NCBI GenBank assembly: GCA_041651155.1
Contig: JBAZJU010000002.1
Location: 89,852-153,851, forward strand
Direction of reading: 5' to 3'
DNA length: 64,000 nucleotides
DNA from: Patescibacteria group bacterium
GTDB taxonomy: Bacteria; Patescibacteriota; Patescibacteriia; CAIXNZ01
The position numbers and the translations under genes were made by a program. Below are positions 10,316-19,483 of the stretch, piece after piece; the first letter of the stretch is position 1, and each line of letters starts with the position of its first letter. The notes under the pieces are model-generated. The model had not been told where the DNA came from. It searched no databases and worked only from the letters and a program-made list of their open reading frames with translations.

Positions 10316-11947
10316 ATGTTTAAGGGTTATACTAAGCGAGAAAATTTAATTGTGCTAGTAATAATTGGCACTGCGCTTTTGCTCTCCAGCCTGCCTTATG
10401 CGGTGGGTTTTTTTTGGGGCGGGCAAAATCATTTTCTCGGCGGCAGCCATATGAATTTAGGTGATGTGAGCGTTTACCGCTCATATATTGAGCAGGCAAA
10501 AGAAGGCAAAATATTGGTCTTGAATTTATTTACTTCAGAAACACAAACTGCCATGTATTTTACTCCGCTGTGGCTGGTGCTGGGGCTCTTGGCCAGACTT
10601 TTTAGCCTAAATAGCCTTTTAATTTTTCATTTAGCCAGGTTTTTAGCCGGATTTTTATTTTTATACTTTATTTTTTATTATTTTCTGGATTTATTTTTTA
10701 AAAAATATTGGGATAAAATCATTGCCTTACTTTTAATTTGTTTCTCCTCGGGCTTGGGTTTGTTTTTTAAGCCTCAGACAAAAAGTATAATTTTTGACGC
10801 CAAATATATCTGGCAAAATTTTTCAGTTGACTTGATTATGCCAGAATCAAACACTTTCTTAACTCTGGCCCATTCAGCTCTCTTTGTGATTTCTCAACTT
10901 TTAATTCTTCTCACATTTTATTGGCTTATAAAAGCCAATACGCAAAAGAAAACTTTATTTTTTCTTTTTGGTGTCAGTTTTATTCTGGGACTTATTCATA
11001 CTTATGATATTTTAATTGTTTTGGGGGTCTCTCTTGCTTATTTGATTACTGGATTTATTTTTAGAAAACAAAGCTTAATTTTTAATTTTAAAAATTATAT
11101 CCTAAAAATTTTTATAATTGGTTTGGGCTATGCCCCGGCCTTTTATTATTTTTATTTTATAGTAAGAAGAGAGCCGGCTTTGTGGGGCTGGATAAGCCAA
11201 AACATTACAGACTCGCCTTCTTTTAAGATGTATTTAATTGCCTATGGCTTTTTAATTTTTTTTAGTATTTTCAGCCTGCGCTTATTAAAAAAGCAAAACA
11301 ACAAAAATGTCTATTTTTTAATAGTCTGGGTTTTGACCTTGTTTGTTTTAGCATATTTGCCGCTTTCTTTTCAGAGGAGATTGATTAGCACCGAACACAT
11401 TGCCCTGGCGATTCTGGCAACTTATAGTTTAAGCTGGCTGGTTGCTGAAATTTTAAAAATATATAAAAAAAGATGGCAAAATATATTAACTGTAATTTTA
11501 TTGTTTGTGTTTATGAGCCTGGCAAATCTGTCTTTTGTTGTTACGGTTATATATGATTATATTAAACTGCCGCAGATTTTTTATTTGCCTGATAGTTTTT
11601 ACCAGGCTGCGGTCTGGCTTAAAACAAAGAGCTTAAGCAATGAAGCTGTCTTAGCCAGCGCGCAAAATGGCATGATTTTACCGCCTTTTATCAACAGACC
11701 TGTTTTTTTAGGCAGCGGGCATCAGACCTTGGATTTTCAACATAAAAGAGAACTTTTAGATAAGTGGTTTTTTCAGGATAATAATCAGGCAGACGCCAAA
11801 AAACAATTTTTGCAAAATTATAATATTAAATATATATTTTATACAGCCAGGGAAAAGTTATTGGGTAATTATGATCTTGATAAAGCCGATTATTTGCAGC
11901 AAGTTTACGCTAATAAAGAGGTTAAAATTTACAAATTAATTGATTGA
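10316..11947 (+). CDS. GT-C-fold-like polytopic membrane protein (second paralog-type)
   Basis: 543 aa, many TM helices, C-terminal soluble domain; 4-nt spacing to previous gene and 8-nt overlap with the GT2 gene. Confidence 0.4.
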   Translation: MFKGYTKRENLIVLVIIGTALLLSSLPYAVGFFWGGQNHFLGGSHMNLGDVSVYRSYIEQAKEGKILVLNLFTSETQTAMYFTPLWLVLGLLARLFSLNSLLIFHLARFLAGFLFLYFIFYYFLDLFFKKYWDKIIALLLICFSSGLGLFFKPQTKSIIFDAKYIWQNFSVDLIMPESNTFLTLAHSALFVISQLLILLTFYWLIKANTQKKTLFFLFGVSFILGLIHTYDILIVLGVSLAYLITGFIFRKQSLIFNFKNYILKIFIIGLGYAPAFYYFYFIVRREPALWGWISQNITDSPSFKMYLIAYGFLIFFSIFSLRLLKKQNNKNVYFLIVWVLTLFVLAYLPLSFQRRLISTEHIALAILATYSLSWLVAEILKIYKKRWQNILTVILLFVFMSLANLSFVVTVIYDYIKLPQIFYLPDSFYQAAVWLKTKSLSNEAVLASAQNGMILPPFINRPVFLGSGHQTLDFQHKRELLDKWFFQDNNQADAKKQFLQNYNIKYIFYTAREKLLGNYDLDKADYLQQVYANKEVKIYKLID

Positions 11948-12674
11948 GATGAAAAAATTGTTAATTGTAATCCCGGCTTATAATGAGGCTAAAATAATTA
12001 AAGCAAATTTAGAAAAATTAGCAGATTATGCCCAGGCAAATTTGCAGGCTTATGATTATAAAATAGTTGTCTCTGATAATAATTCAACTGATTTAACAGG
12101 GCGGATTGTGAAAGATTTGCTGCCTTCAATAAATCATTTAGAATATTTGTTTGTGCCGCAAAAAGGCAAGGGCGTGGCAGTTTTAACTGCCTGGCAAAAA
12201 TACCAAAATGATTATGATTTTTTTGCTTTTATGGATGCTGATTTGGCCACTGATTTGAGAGCATTTTTACCGCTTGTCACTGCCCTGGAGCAGGGCTATG
12301 ACCTGGCGATTGGTTCAAGGTATTTAAAAGAATCTGAAGTCAGGCGTTCTTTATTTAGAAAAATTATGTCTTATGCTTATCGCTTATTTATAAAAATATT
12401 TTTAAATACCGAAATAAATGATTTTCCAACTGGCTTTAAAGCAGTGAGCCAGAAAGTCGTAAAACAAATAATTCCTTTGGTAAAAAACACAACTTGGTTT
12501 TTTGATAGTGAAATTATTTATCAGTCAGAAAAAAGAGGCTTGAAAATTAAAGAAATCCCGGTCAAGTGGGTTGAACCAAGAGGCAAGGGCGATAAAAGCA
12601 GGGTTAATCCTCTAAAAGTTTCCTTGCTATATTTAAAGGAAATTATTAAGTTAAGATTTTTTAAAGGCAGGTAG
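11940..12674 (+). CDS. GT2 polyprenol-phosphate glycosyltransferase (Dpm1/GtrB/ArnC-like)
   Basis: LLIVIPAYNEA and FMDADL (DxD) motifs of GT-A fold family 2; size and layout like dolichyl/undecaprenyl-phosphate sugar synthases. Confidence 0.7.
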   Translation: MIEMKKLLIVIPAYNEAKIIKANLEKLADYAQANLQAYDYKIVVSDNNSTDLTGRIVKDLLPSINHLEYLFVPQKGKGVAVLTAWQKYQNDYDFFAFMDADLATDLRAFLPLVTALEQGYDLAIGSRYLKESEVRRSLFRKIMSYAYRLFIKIFLNTEINDFPTGFKAVSQKVVKQIIPLVKNTTWFFDSEIIYQSEKRGLKIKEIPVKWVEPRGKGDKSRVNPLKVSLLYLKEIIKLRFFKGR

Positions 12675-12707
12675 TTTTTTCGGGGATTTACTGGATTTTT
12701 TGCATGG

Positions 12708-14585
12708 TTAATTTAGCTCAAACTGGCCGATAATTTCTTTTTTATCCCAGACAACCTGATTACTGTTGAGGCCGTCTAATTCCAAGCCGCCAGATAAATT
12801 TAAGATCTGGGCGGTTTTTATTTTTGGCAGATTATAAAAGTTCAGCTGGATAATCTGACCTATTTGCCATTCGCTGGTCGGGTAAAGCCCGTAGCCCAGA
12901 GGATAAAGTTCCTTATCAAGCTGGATAAAATAATTTTTATAAATTTTAGTCAGAGGTTTGAAGTACAAAGAAGTTAAATTATCACTTGTGTCAAACCCGA
13001 GGAAATTTATTTGTTCGTTTAAATTCAAATCCGCTGGTTTAGTAATCGCTGGTATTTCTTTGTCATAGATTTTATACAAGGCAATGCCTGTATCTGGCGC
13101 ATTTTTTTCCCAAAGAGCTAAATTTTGTTCAATTTTAATCAGCTGGAAATCTGGAGATAATAATTTTCTCAAGTTATCATCACCTTGATAAAAAATCCCA
13201 GGCAAATTTTTCTCATAAAGAGTTTGATAAGAAGCTAAATCAGTAAAATTAATTAAGACATATTGTAAGTCAGCCGGTGTGGGAAAATCTTTAACCAAGT
13301 ATTGTTGTTTGCCTAAAAATAAATAATTTAAAGAGTAAAGTTTTGGCCTGGAAGAAAGATTAGAAATAAGATCAAAGCTGGTTGCAGCTGAAACATTGGC
13401 AGGAATTTCTTTTAAAAATTTATTTTTTAAAGTTATCTGCTGGTAGTCTGTGGCAAAGATTGCCTGGGAAAAAGCCAAGACTGGACCAAGCACAAAAAAA
13501 AGATAAATTAAACTGATAATAACGATTAAGGCAATGACATCTTTGTATTTTTGCCAGATAAGAATGCTTTTTTGCCTGGCAGATATTTTTTTAAGAGAAA
13601 AAATGGCAGCCAAGGAAAAGACAATTAAAAATATGGCGCCATAGTGCATTTTTAAAATAGCTTCGCCTGAAGCCGGACCCAAAACTAATTGCATAAACAT
13701 GCCCAAAGAAAGTAAAAGATATTTAGGCCGGTAAAGCGGAATAAATAAAAAAACCATAAAGAATCCGAGCACAAATTCAAAATTAGTCAGAGTCAAAAGA
13801 TGGCTTAAAACTAAAGGCAACTTGACAAAGAAATTTATAAAAATTTCTTGCAGGTTTGCGCCCAGCCAATTATAATAAATCAGAAATTTATAATCTTGAG
13901 AGGAAGAAAAATAAGCAGTCGCTTTCAAAGCCAGAAAAAAATACGCAGTTGAGACAAAAAGAGGCGTTAGAATCCATTTTAGTTTTTTTCTATCTAAAAT
14001 CGCTATTATGCCAAACATAAAAATAACAAAAGCCAGATCTTCGCGCACCAAGAGGGTTAAAAGGGCTAAACCTAAAAAAGAAGAAAATTTATTCTGATCA
14101 TAAAAATAAAATGTCCAGGCAATAAAAAAAGGCGCCAAGGCCAGCATGTGGAATTCAAAAGTATTGATGTTAAGAGTTACTGGATTAAAAAGGTATAAAA
14201 TAACAATTAACAATGTTTGCCAGGGATTCAAATATTTTTTAGCAATTAGATATAAGGGGATTACTGTGAAGGCTAAAAATAATGTTTGGATAAAAAGCAG
14301 ATTTAAAGGTGATTTAAATAAAGAATAAAATGGGATTAGAAAAAAAATTAAAATTTCAAAATGATCGCCCAGATAAGAAGTCGGGTGGATTGTAAATTGA
14401 AAAAAATGGCTCTGGCTGGAATTAAAAAAAACCTGGTTAAAAATCGCCAGATCCAGACCATTGTAGCTGAAAGTAAAGTACTTAAATAAGCACAGGCCAA
14501 AAGCCAGGACAATATAAACAGCCAGCATGATTAAAAGTAGCTTATTTAATTTTTGCCAGTTGAGATTTTTAAAATAGGAAAACAT
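12708..14585 (-). CDS. GT-C-fold-like polytopic membrane protein (third, 620-650 aa)
   Basis: More than 12 TM helices then a roughly 250-aa soluble C-terminal domain. ORF track runs to 14654 through a pyrimidine-rich leader; ATG at 14585 (MFSYFKNL) is the more plausible start. Confidence 0.4.
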   Translation of the reverse strand: MFSYFKNLNWQKLNKLLLIMLAVYIVLAFGLCLFKYFTFSYNGLDLAIFNQVFFNSSQSHFFQFTIHPTSYLGDHFEILIFFLIPFYSLFKSPLNLLFIQTLFLAFTVIPLYLIAKKYLNPWQTLLIVILYLFNPVTLNINTFEFHMLALAPFFIAWTFYFYDQNKFSSFLGLALLTLLVREDLAFVIFMFGIIAILDRKKLKWILTPLFVSTAYFFLALKATAYFSSSQDYKFLIYYNWLGANLQEIFINFFVKLPLVLSHLLTLTNFEFVLGFFMVFLFIPLYRPKYLLLSLGMFMQLVLGPASGEAILKMHYGAIFLIVFSLAAIFSLKKISARQKSILIWQKYKDVIALIVIISLIYLFFVLGPVLAFSQAIFATDYQQITLKNKFLKEIPANVSAATSFDLISNLSSRPKLYSLNYLFLGKQQYLVKDFPTPADLQYVLINFTDLASYQTLYEKNLPGIFYQGDDNLRKLLSPDFQLIKIEQNLALWEKNAPDTGIALYKIYDKEIPAITKPADLNLNEQINFLGFDTSDNLTSLYFKPLTKIYKNYFIQLDKELYPLGYGLYPTSEWQIGQIIQLNFYNLPKIKTAQILNLSGGLELDGLNSNQVVWDKKEIIGQFELN

Positions 14586-14755
14586 ATAACTTAATTTTAT
14601 GCTAAATTTAGGGAAAGATAAAGAAGAGAAGGGTAAGATGGGTAAGAGGAGCAAAAAGGGTAAAAGGGGGATTATTTTAGAGTTTAGGAGCTTGTTTTTT
14701 ATCTTATTTTAGCCACAAAAGGGATCTTTTAGAGCTAAAGTTAGCGCATGTTCTA

Positions 14756-14784
14756 TTGACAAATAGATAATCTTGTGATATACT
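14756..14784 (+). promoter_or_regulatory. Sigma70-like promoter for 14872..15480
   Basis: TTGACA (14756-14761), 17-nt spacer, TGaTATACT extended -10 (14776-14784). Confidence 0.5.
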
Positions 14785-14871
14785 GAAAAATCCAAAACTG
14801 TTTGGATTTGTTCATTGAACAAACAAGAAACATTGAAAAATATAGGCACAAAGTGCCAAAGGAGGAGTGAA

Positions 14872-15480
14872 ATGAAAAAGAGTTTTTTGGTAATCGTGGT
14901 AATGGTGATGGCTTTGTCAGGTATGGCCTGCATCCATCCTCAGCCAATTTCTGTAACCCTACATCGCGATGGGCTTAACGTTGAGGTCAATGGCGACAGA
15001 GAAGCGGTTCAATCTTTGGTAGCAGACTCGCCCGCTCTAGATGCAACTCAGGATTTCAGCGGCGGTATTAACCCCGCCATCGCTGCTGCTATTCAGAAAA
15101 ATCCCAATGCCACAGTGATTTATTCGCCGGATCGCGGAGTCACCTATATTCCGGAAGGTGGACAGGAAGCGGCCGCTAAATATCGCGGAATAATTCATAA
15201 TGACAGCAATAAAAACATTTTTGTGGATATTGCGTCAGCGACAAATCCAGGAGTTAAACGTAGTTTTTATCTCAGGGCCAATCAATCGATTTCCGCTGTT
15301 CTTTTTCCGGGCAGATACAACTACACTATAGGGTGGAACAATCCTCAAGGTAAAAGAGTGTTGTTGCTTCCTCCAAGCAGTTTAATAATTGACGCCTTTA
15401 CCCAAAATGCAACTTCTCCCGACAATGGAGAACCACTTCCGTGGACCTTAAGCTATGTGGAAACACCGGTGCCACGCTAA
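14872..15480 (+). CDS. Secreted protein of unknown function
   Basis: GGAGGAG RBS 7 nt upstream of ATG at 14872; signal-peptide-like MKKSFLVIVVMVMALSGMA. ORF track begins at an upstream TTG (14815). Confidence 0.5.
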   Translation: MKKSFLVIVVMVMALSGMACIHPQPISVTLHRDGLNVEVNGDREAVQSLVADSPALDATQDFSGGINPAIAAAIQKNPNATVIYSPDRGVTYIPEGGQEAAAKYRGIIHNDSNKNIFVDIASATNPGVKRSFYLRANQSISAVLFPGRYNYTIGWNNPQGKRVLLLPPSSLIIDAFTQNATSPDNGEPLPWTLSYVETPVPR

Positions 15481-15503
15481 AAAAAGAAAAATCGGCAAAC
15501 TTA

Positions 15504-15527
15504 AAGAGGGACTCTGTCCCTCTTTTT
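15504..15527. terminator. Bidirectional intrinsic terminator between convergent genes
   Basis: aagagggac tct gtccctctt hairpin followed by TTTTT. Confidence 0.55.
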
Positions 15528-15540
15528 AAATTGGAAAATA

Positions 15541-15999
15541 TTAAGGCTGAATAATTACGGTACCAGGCGGGTTTGTACCCGGTGGTTCTGTCCCTGGCGG
15601 ATTTTCGCCGCCAGTTGAAGATCCTGTGCCGATTGAATTAATAATTTGCGAAGTAATAAAACTGGCAATAGCATAGGCGCTCAAAATAATAACTATGCCA
15701 ATAATGGCAGTTGTTAAAATGCCTTTGGCTTTTTTAAGGACTGGTTCCTGGCCTTGGGAAGTTAAATACAAAAAGCCAGCATACAAAATCATGGCAACTG
15801 AGATTATTCCCAAAAGGCCTAGAAGCGTTTGAATAATTAGGGCTGCTAAAATTTGGGGTGATTGCGGAGTTTCTACGCCATAAACTGCTTGACCCAGGTT
15901 TTGCACTCCTCCGCTGATTATGCCGGCGGAAGCTATTTGCGCGGTCAACAAAAATCCGAAGATTATCAGCGGAATTATAGCTATTTTATTTATTTTCAT
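15541..15999 (-). CDS. TrbC/VirB2-like (T4SS pilin-like) membrane hairpin protein, paralog 1
   Basis: Signal peptide, then the conserved module hydrophobic helix-YAGFLYLTSQG-KKAKG-second helix; C-terminal PPGT repeats. Confidence 0.55.
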   Translation of the reverse strand: MKINKIAIIPLIIFGFLLTAQIASAGIISGGVQNLGQAVYGVETPQSPQILAALIIQTLLGLLGIISVAMILYAGFLYLTSQGQEPVLKKAKGILTTAIIGIVIILSAYAIASFITSQIINSIGTGSSTGGENPPGTEPPGTNPPGTVIIQP

Positions 16000-16019
16000 A
16001 TAGCAAAATTATTTATTAA

Positions 16020-16604
16020 CTAAGGGGTTTGCGGACGCAAACAATCATCAACGCTTGCCAGGCCGCAGGCTTGCCAGTGGCCAGTGCAAAAAGGAGTCTG
16101 GCGGCAGCAAATAGCATCAGCAGATTTGTAATAATCATAGCGGGCATTGCAGCAGGCAATGCTGGTGTACATATTAATATCCTGGCTATTATCGCATAAA
16201 GGATTGTAAGCTCCCTGGCTTGCTGGTTGAGCGCCGGGAGATTCTAAGGTCGTAGTTATAAAATAAGTGATTGTATAACCGGAAAAAATAATAATAATAC
16301 CGATTACTGCCGCAGTTAAAGTGTTTTTGCCTTTCTTGATTTTGTCTTCACTGCCGCCAGAGACTAAATAAAGATAGCCGCCATACATCAGGAGCGCGAC
16401 AAAAACAATGCCTAAGAGCGTAAAAAGAGCCATAATTATATTGGCCGCATAAGCTGCCAGAGAAATCTGATCGCCTGGATAAGCTAGCGAGCCTGTTTTA
16501 TTTAAGCCTTGCAAAAAATTAGACTGGGCTAAAACAGGATAAAAATATAAAAATATGCCCAAAGTTATAATTATGATAAAGAGAATAGAAAGATTTTTTT
16601 TCAT
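16020..16604 (-). CDS. TrbC/VirB2-like membrane hairpin protein with Cys-rich C-terminal ectodomain, paralog 2
   Basis: Module ...LLMYGGYLYLVSGGSEDKIKKGKNTL...; C-terminal roughly 70 aa with 9 Cys. Confidence 0.55.
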   Translation of the reverse strand: MKKNLSILFIIIITLGIFLYFYPVLAQSNFLQGLNKTGSLAYPGDQISLAAYAANIIMALFTLLGIVFVALLMYGGYLYLVSGGSEDKIKKGKNTLTAAVIGIIIIFSGYTITYFITTTLESPGAQPASQGAYNPLCDNSQDINMYTSIACCNARYDYYKSADAICCRQTPFCTGHWQACGLASVDDCLRPQTP

Positions 16605-16608
16605 AATG

Positions 16609-17040
16609 CTAGGGGTTAGATTGGGTCGTCTCGGTCGTATTTGACTGTGAACCTTCCAAGACCTGGCTAATAAAGAAAGTAATTGTATAAGCAGCAGTTA
16701 TTATAGCTAAGCCAATTACTGCATTAACTAATAATTTTTTAGCTTTTTCAATTTTGTCAGGAGCACCGCCAGCTGTCATCCATTTAAAGCCGCCATAAAT
16801 AAATAAAATCAAAAATATCATGCCCACCAGGCTCAAAAGAGCTTTGATTATATTGGCAATAATAATGCTTATTTCAGAAGTTTGCACGCCTGCTGATTGG
16901 GCGCTTGTTTCAATGCCCTGATTAGCATTTTGAAAATTTAAGGCAGCCTGCGCAACTATTGGCATCACAAAAATAAAAGCCAGCACAACAAAAATTATCA
17001 GGCTTAAGTATCTTTTTTTAATTTTGCCAAGTCGGATCAT
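16609..17040 (-). CDS. TrbC/VirB2-like membrane hairpin protein, paralog 3
   Basis: ...FIYGGFKWMTAGGAPDKIEKAKKLL... module; 4-nt gap to paralog 2. Confidence 0.55.
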   Translation of the reverse strand: MIRLGKIKKRYLSLIIFVVLAFIFVMPIVAQAALNFQNANQGIETSAQSAGVQTSEISIIIANIIKALLSLVGMIFLILFIYGGFKWMTAGGAPDKIEKAKKLLVNAVIGLAIITAAYTITFFISQVLEGSQSNTTETTQSNP

Positions 17041-17740
17041 ATTCGCAGTAATTATAAGGGATATAGTGAAAATGACAGTGGGTGCCTAGTTTTTCGCATT
17101 CTGACTGGCTGCAGATATTAGTTGCGCCTTGGCCGCATTGATCGCATTTTTCATCAGCATAAAGCGGCAGGCAGCAGATTTGGTTGCCGCAATCAGTAGT
17201 AATGCCAAGAGACTTGCCCTGTAATTGCCTGAGGCAAAAATCAAGGGCGGCACATTGGGCTCCGCCGGGCTGCTCTGTACAGGTGATTCCTATGGCGGTG
17301 CCGCTGCCTGGTTGATTAGTATTTTGGTTGAGGTTGGTAGTATTTGAATTTTGCGTTTCCTGAAAAGAAGGGCCTGACATGATAGAAGATGCGATAAAAG
17401 TGGTAAGGGCATAGGCACCGACTACAATTAATGCGCCAACAGTGGCATAGCTCAAAGTTTTTTTGGCTTTGCCGATTTTGTCTTCACTGCCAGCCGAAGT
17501 CAGCCAAACAAAACCGCCATAAATAAATAAAATAAAAAAAATAGCGCCAACCACGCCTAAAACAGCAGTGATGACGCCAGCTATAATTACAGTATAATCA
17601 GCCTGGGTCACGCCGGCTTCAGTGGCTGTTTTTTGGGAAAAGCCAGAAATATCAGTAAAGCTGTAAGCCCAGGCATTGCTAATTAAAAATAAACAGCCAA
17701 TGATTATAAAAAATAGTAAAAATATTCTTTTAAACTGCAT
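17018..17740 (-). CDS. TrbC/VirB2-like membrane hairpin protein with Cys-rich C-terminal ectodomain, paralog 4
   Basis: ...FIYGGFVWLTSAGSEDKIGKAKKTL... module; C-terminal roughly 100 aa with 14 Cys; 23-nt overlap with paralog 3. Confidence 0.55.
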   Translation of the reverse strand: MQFKRIFLLFFIIIGCLFLISNAWAYSFTDISGFSQKTATEAGVTQADYTVIIAGVITAVLGVVGAIFFILFIYGGFVWLTSAGSEDKIGKAKKTLSYATVGALIVVGAYALTTFIASSIMSGPSFQETQNSNTTNLNQNTNQPGSGTAIGITCTEQPGGAQCAALDFCLRQLQGKSLGITTDCGNQICCLPLYADEKCDQCGQGATNICSQSECEKLGTHCHFHYIPYNYCEYDPTWQN

Positions 17741-17760
17741 GGGGAAAGGTCAATCTTTTT

Positions 17761-18117
17761 TTATTTAAAAATTTGAAAAATTAAAGTGGTTATGGCATAG
17801 GCTGCGCCCAAAACAAGAGCGCCGATAATGGCCCAGGTAATTATTTTTTTGCCTTTGGCCACATTTTCGCCCCCGGCTGAAGTCATCATCATAATTCCGC
17901 CATAAACAATTAAGAATAAAAAAATAGAACCGCTTAAGGCCAAAGCAGCGCCGGCAAAACGCCCTAAAAAAGTCGGAACATCGCCTTGGGGCAGTCCGGC
18001 TACGGTGTTAGCTTCATTCAAACCATATTGGGCAAGAAGCGGGCTAAAAGGCAAAAGCAAGCCAAAAGTAAAAATGTATATATAAATTTTTTTAAACATA
18101 TAATTTTTTAGGAACAT
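17761..18117 (-). CDS. TrbC/VirB2-like membrane hairpin protein, paralog 5 (minimal, 118 aa)
   Basis: ...IVYGGIMMMTSAGGENVAKGKKII... module only. Confidence 0.5.
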   Translation of the reverse strand: MFLKNYMFKKIYIYIFTFGLLLPFSPLLAQYGLNEANTVAGLPQGDVPTFLGRFAGAALALSGSIFLFLIVYGGIMMMTSAGGENVAKGKKIITWAIIGALVLGAAYAITTLIFQIFK

Positions 18118-18142
18118 TTAAGGGGGCGAAGCGCCCCCTTAA
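18118..18142 (-). promoter_or_regulatory. GC-rich perfect hairpin abutting the start codon of paralog 5
   Basis: ttaagggggcg aa gcgcccccttaa: 10-11 bp perfect stem in an AT-rich context, located exactly where an SD would be. Confidence 0.4.
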
Positions 18143-18158
18143 ATGCCTAAATGATAAA

Positions 18159-18518
18159 TTAAGTAGTTGCGTTCAGGATAGATGTAATAACGAAATTGGC
18201 AATCGCATAAGCTGCTAAAATAATGACTAAGCCGATAAGACCGGCCACAATCAATTCTTTAGCTTTTTTAGTCTTGTCAGAATCGCCCATAGAAGTCATC
18301 CATTTAAAGCCGCCTAAAAGAATGATCAACACAGCGACTAAGCCTAAAAGACCCATTGCTACATTTATAATTTGAGCGACTGTCACGCGTACATCTCGTG
18401 TGCCTAGGCCGATATAAGGCTGGATAGTATTCAGGCCTGGCTCAATTGTAGCTGCAGATGCCATGACCGGAACTACCAATAGGCTAAAAAGCGCTAAAAT
18501 TACAGCGAATTTTTTCAT
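18159..18518 (-). CDS. TrbC/VirB2-like membrane hairpin protein, paralog 6 (minimal, 119 aa)
   Basis: ...ILLGGFKWMTSMGDSDKTKKAKELI... module. Confidence 0.55.
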   Translation of the reverse strand: MKKFAVILALFSLLVVPVMASAATIEPGLNTIQPYIGLGTRDVRVTVAQIINVAMGLLGLVAVLIILLGGFKWMTSMGDSDKTKKAKELIVAGLIGLVIILAAYAIANFVITSILNATT

Positions 18519-18674
18519 GTTTTTAAACCCTTTCTTAATGCTTATTAAATCTAAGCATTGAAGAATTAATTATTAATTATATATAAATTGTTAAATTACT
18601 ATACCTTAATTATAATATTTTTTAGGTTTTAAGGCAAATTAAATTAATTTGTTAGTCTTTTAGCTCTTATCAGG

Positions 18675-19451
18675 CTAAATTGATGAGCTGCAACAACAAA
18701 TAGGAACGCCTTCTGGCTTATCAATGCACTCTTTGATATTATCCCAAGTTTCTGACAGGTTGACAGGGTTATTGCAAACAGAAACATTTGAGACGCAAGT
18801 AGCTGTGCAATTTGGGTGGTTTGCGCAAAAATTATTGCAAACAGTTGAACAATTAGTATCTAATAAAGTTTCATTGGTTTCCGGTTTGAGGCGGGCGCAT
18901 TTGTCAGTTGCATTTGGGCAGCTAATATAGGTTTGATTTTGAATATAATATTTGGCAGAATCAGGATTTGCAACACAGCTCCATTCTGCGCCAAAAGTTT
19001 TAGCGCAAAGATCAGGCGGGGTAAAAGTCGTGGCAGGCGTAGTTCCGCCTGTTGAACTTGGGGCTTGTGGAACAATGCCGCGAGTGATGCCTGTTAAAAT
19101 AAAATTAGTTAAGATGTAGCTGCCTAAAATCACAGCAATGCCGATCACTGCCCAGACTAAAACCGTCTTGCCTTTATTGATTGCATCTGATTTTCCTGCA
19201 GAAGTAAGCATTAGAAAACCGCCGTACACAAACATTAGCAAGGCAACTGCGCCAATAATGCCTAAAAAGGCTCGGATAATGCGGCCGATCAAAGTAGCCA
19301 CGCCAGCAGCGCCGGTTAAATTTCCCACAGGACTGACATCAGTTAAACTCACAGGCGCGTTGGCTGCTAAAGCAGCATTACTAATTAATAAGGCGCAGCT
19401 AAAAAAGATCAATAATAGGAGGAGTTTGTGTTTTTTTAGAAATTTCTTCAT
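18675..19451 (-). CDS. TrbC/VirB2-like membrane hairpin protein with Cys-rich C-terminal ectodomain, paralog 7
   Basis: ...FVYGGFLMLTSAGKSDAINKGKTVL... module; C-terminal roughly 130 aa with about 20 Cys, ending CCCSSSI. Confidence 0.55.
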   Translation of the reverse strand: MKKFLKKHKLLLLLIFFSCALLISNAALAANAPVSLTDVSPVGNLTGAAGVATLIGRIIRAFLGIIGAVALLMFVYGGFLMLTSAGKSDAINKGKTVLVWAVIGIAVILGSYILTNFILTGITRGIVPQAPSSTGGTTPATTFTPPDLCAKTFGAEWSCVANPDSAKYYIQNQTYISCPNATDKCARLKPETNETLLDTNCSTVCNNFCANHPNCTATCVSNVSVCNNPVNLSETWDNIKECIDKPEGVPICCCSSSI

Positions 19452-19483
19452 GGGGCTTTTTTAAGAAGTTAGTTTAAAAAGTT

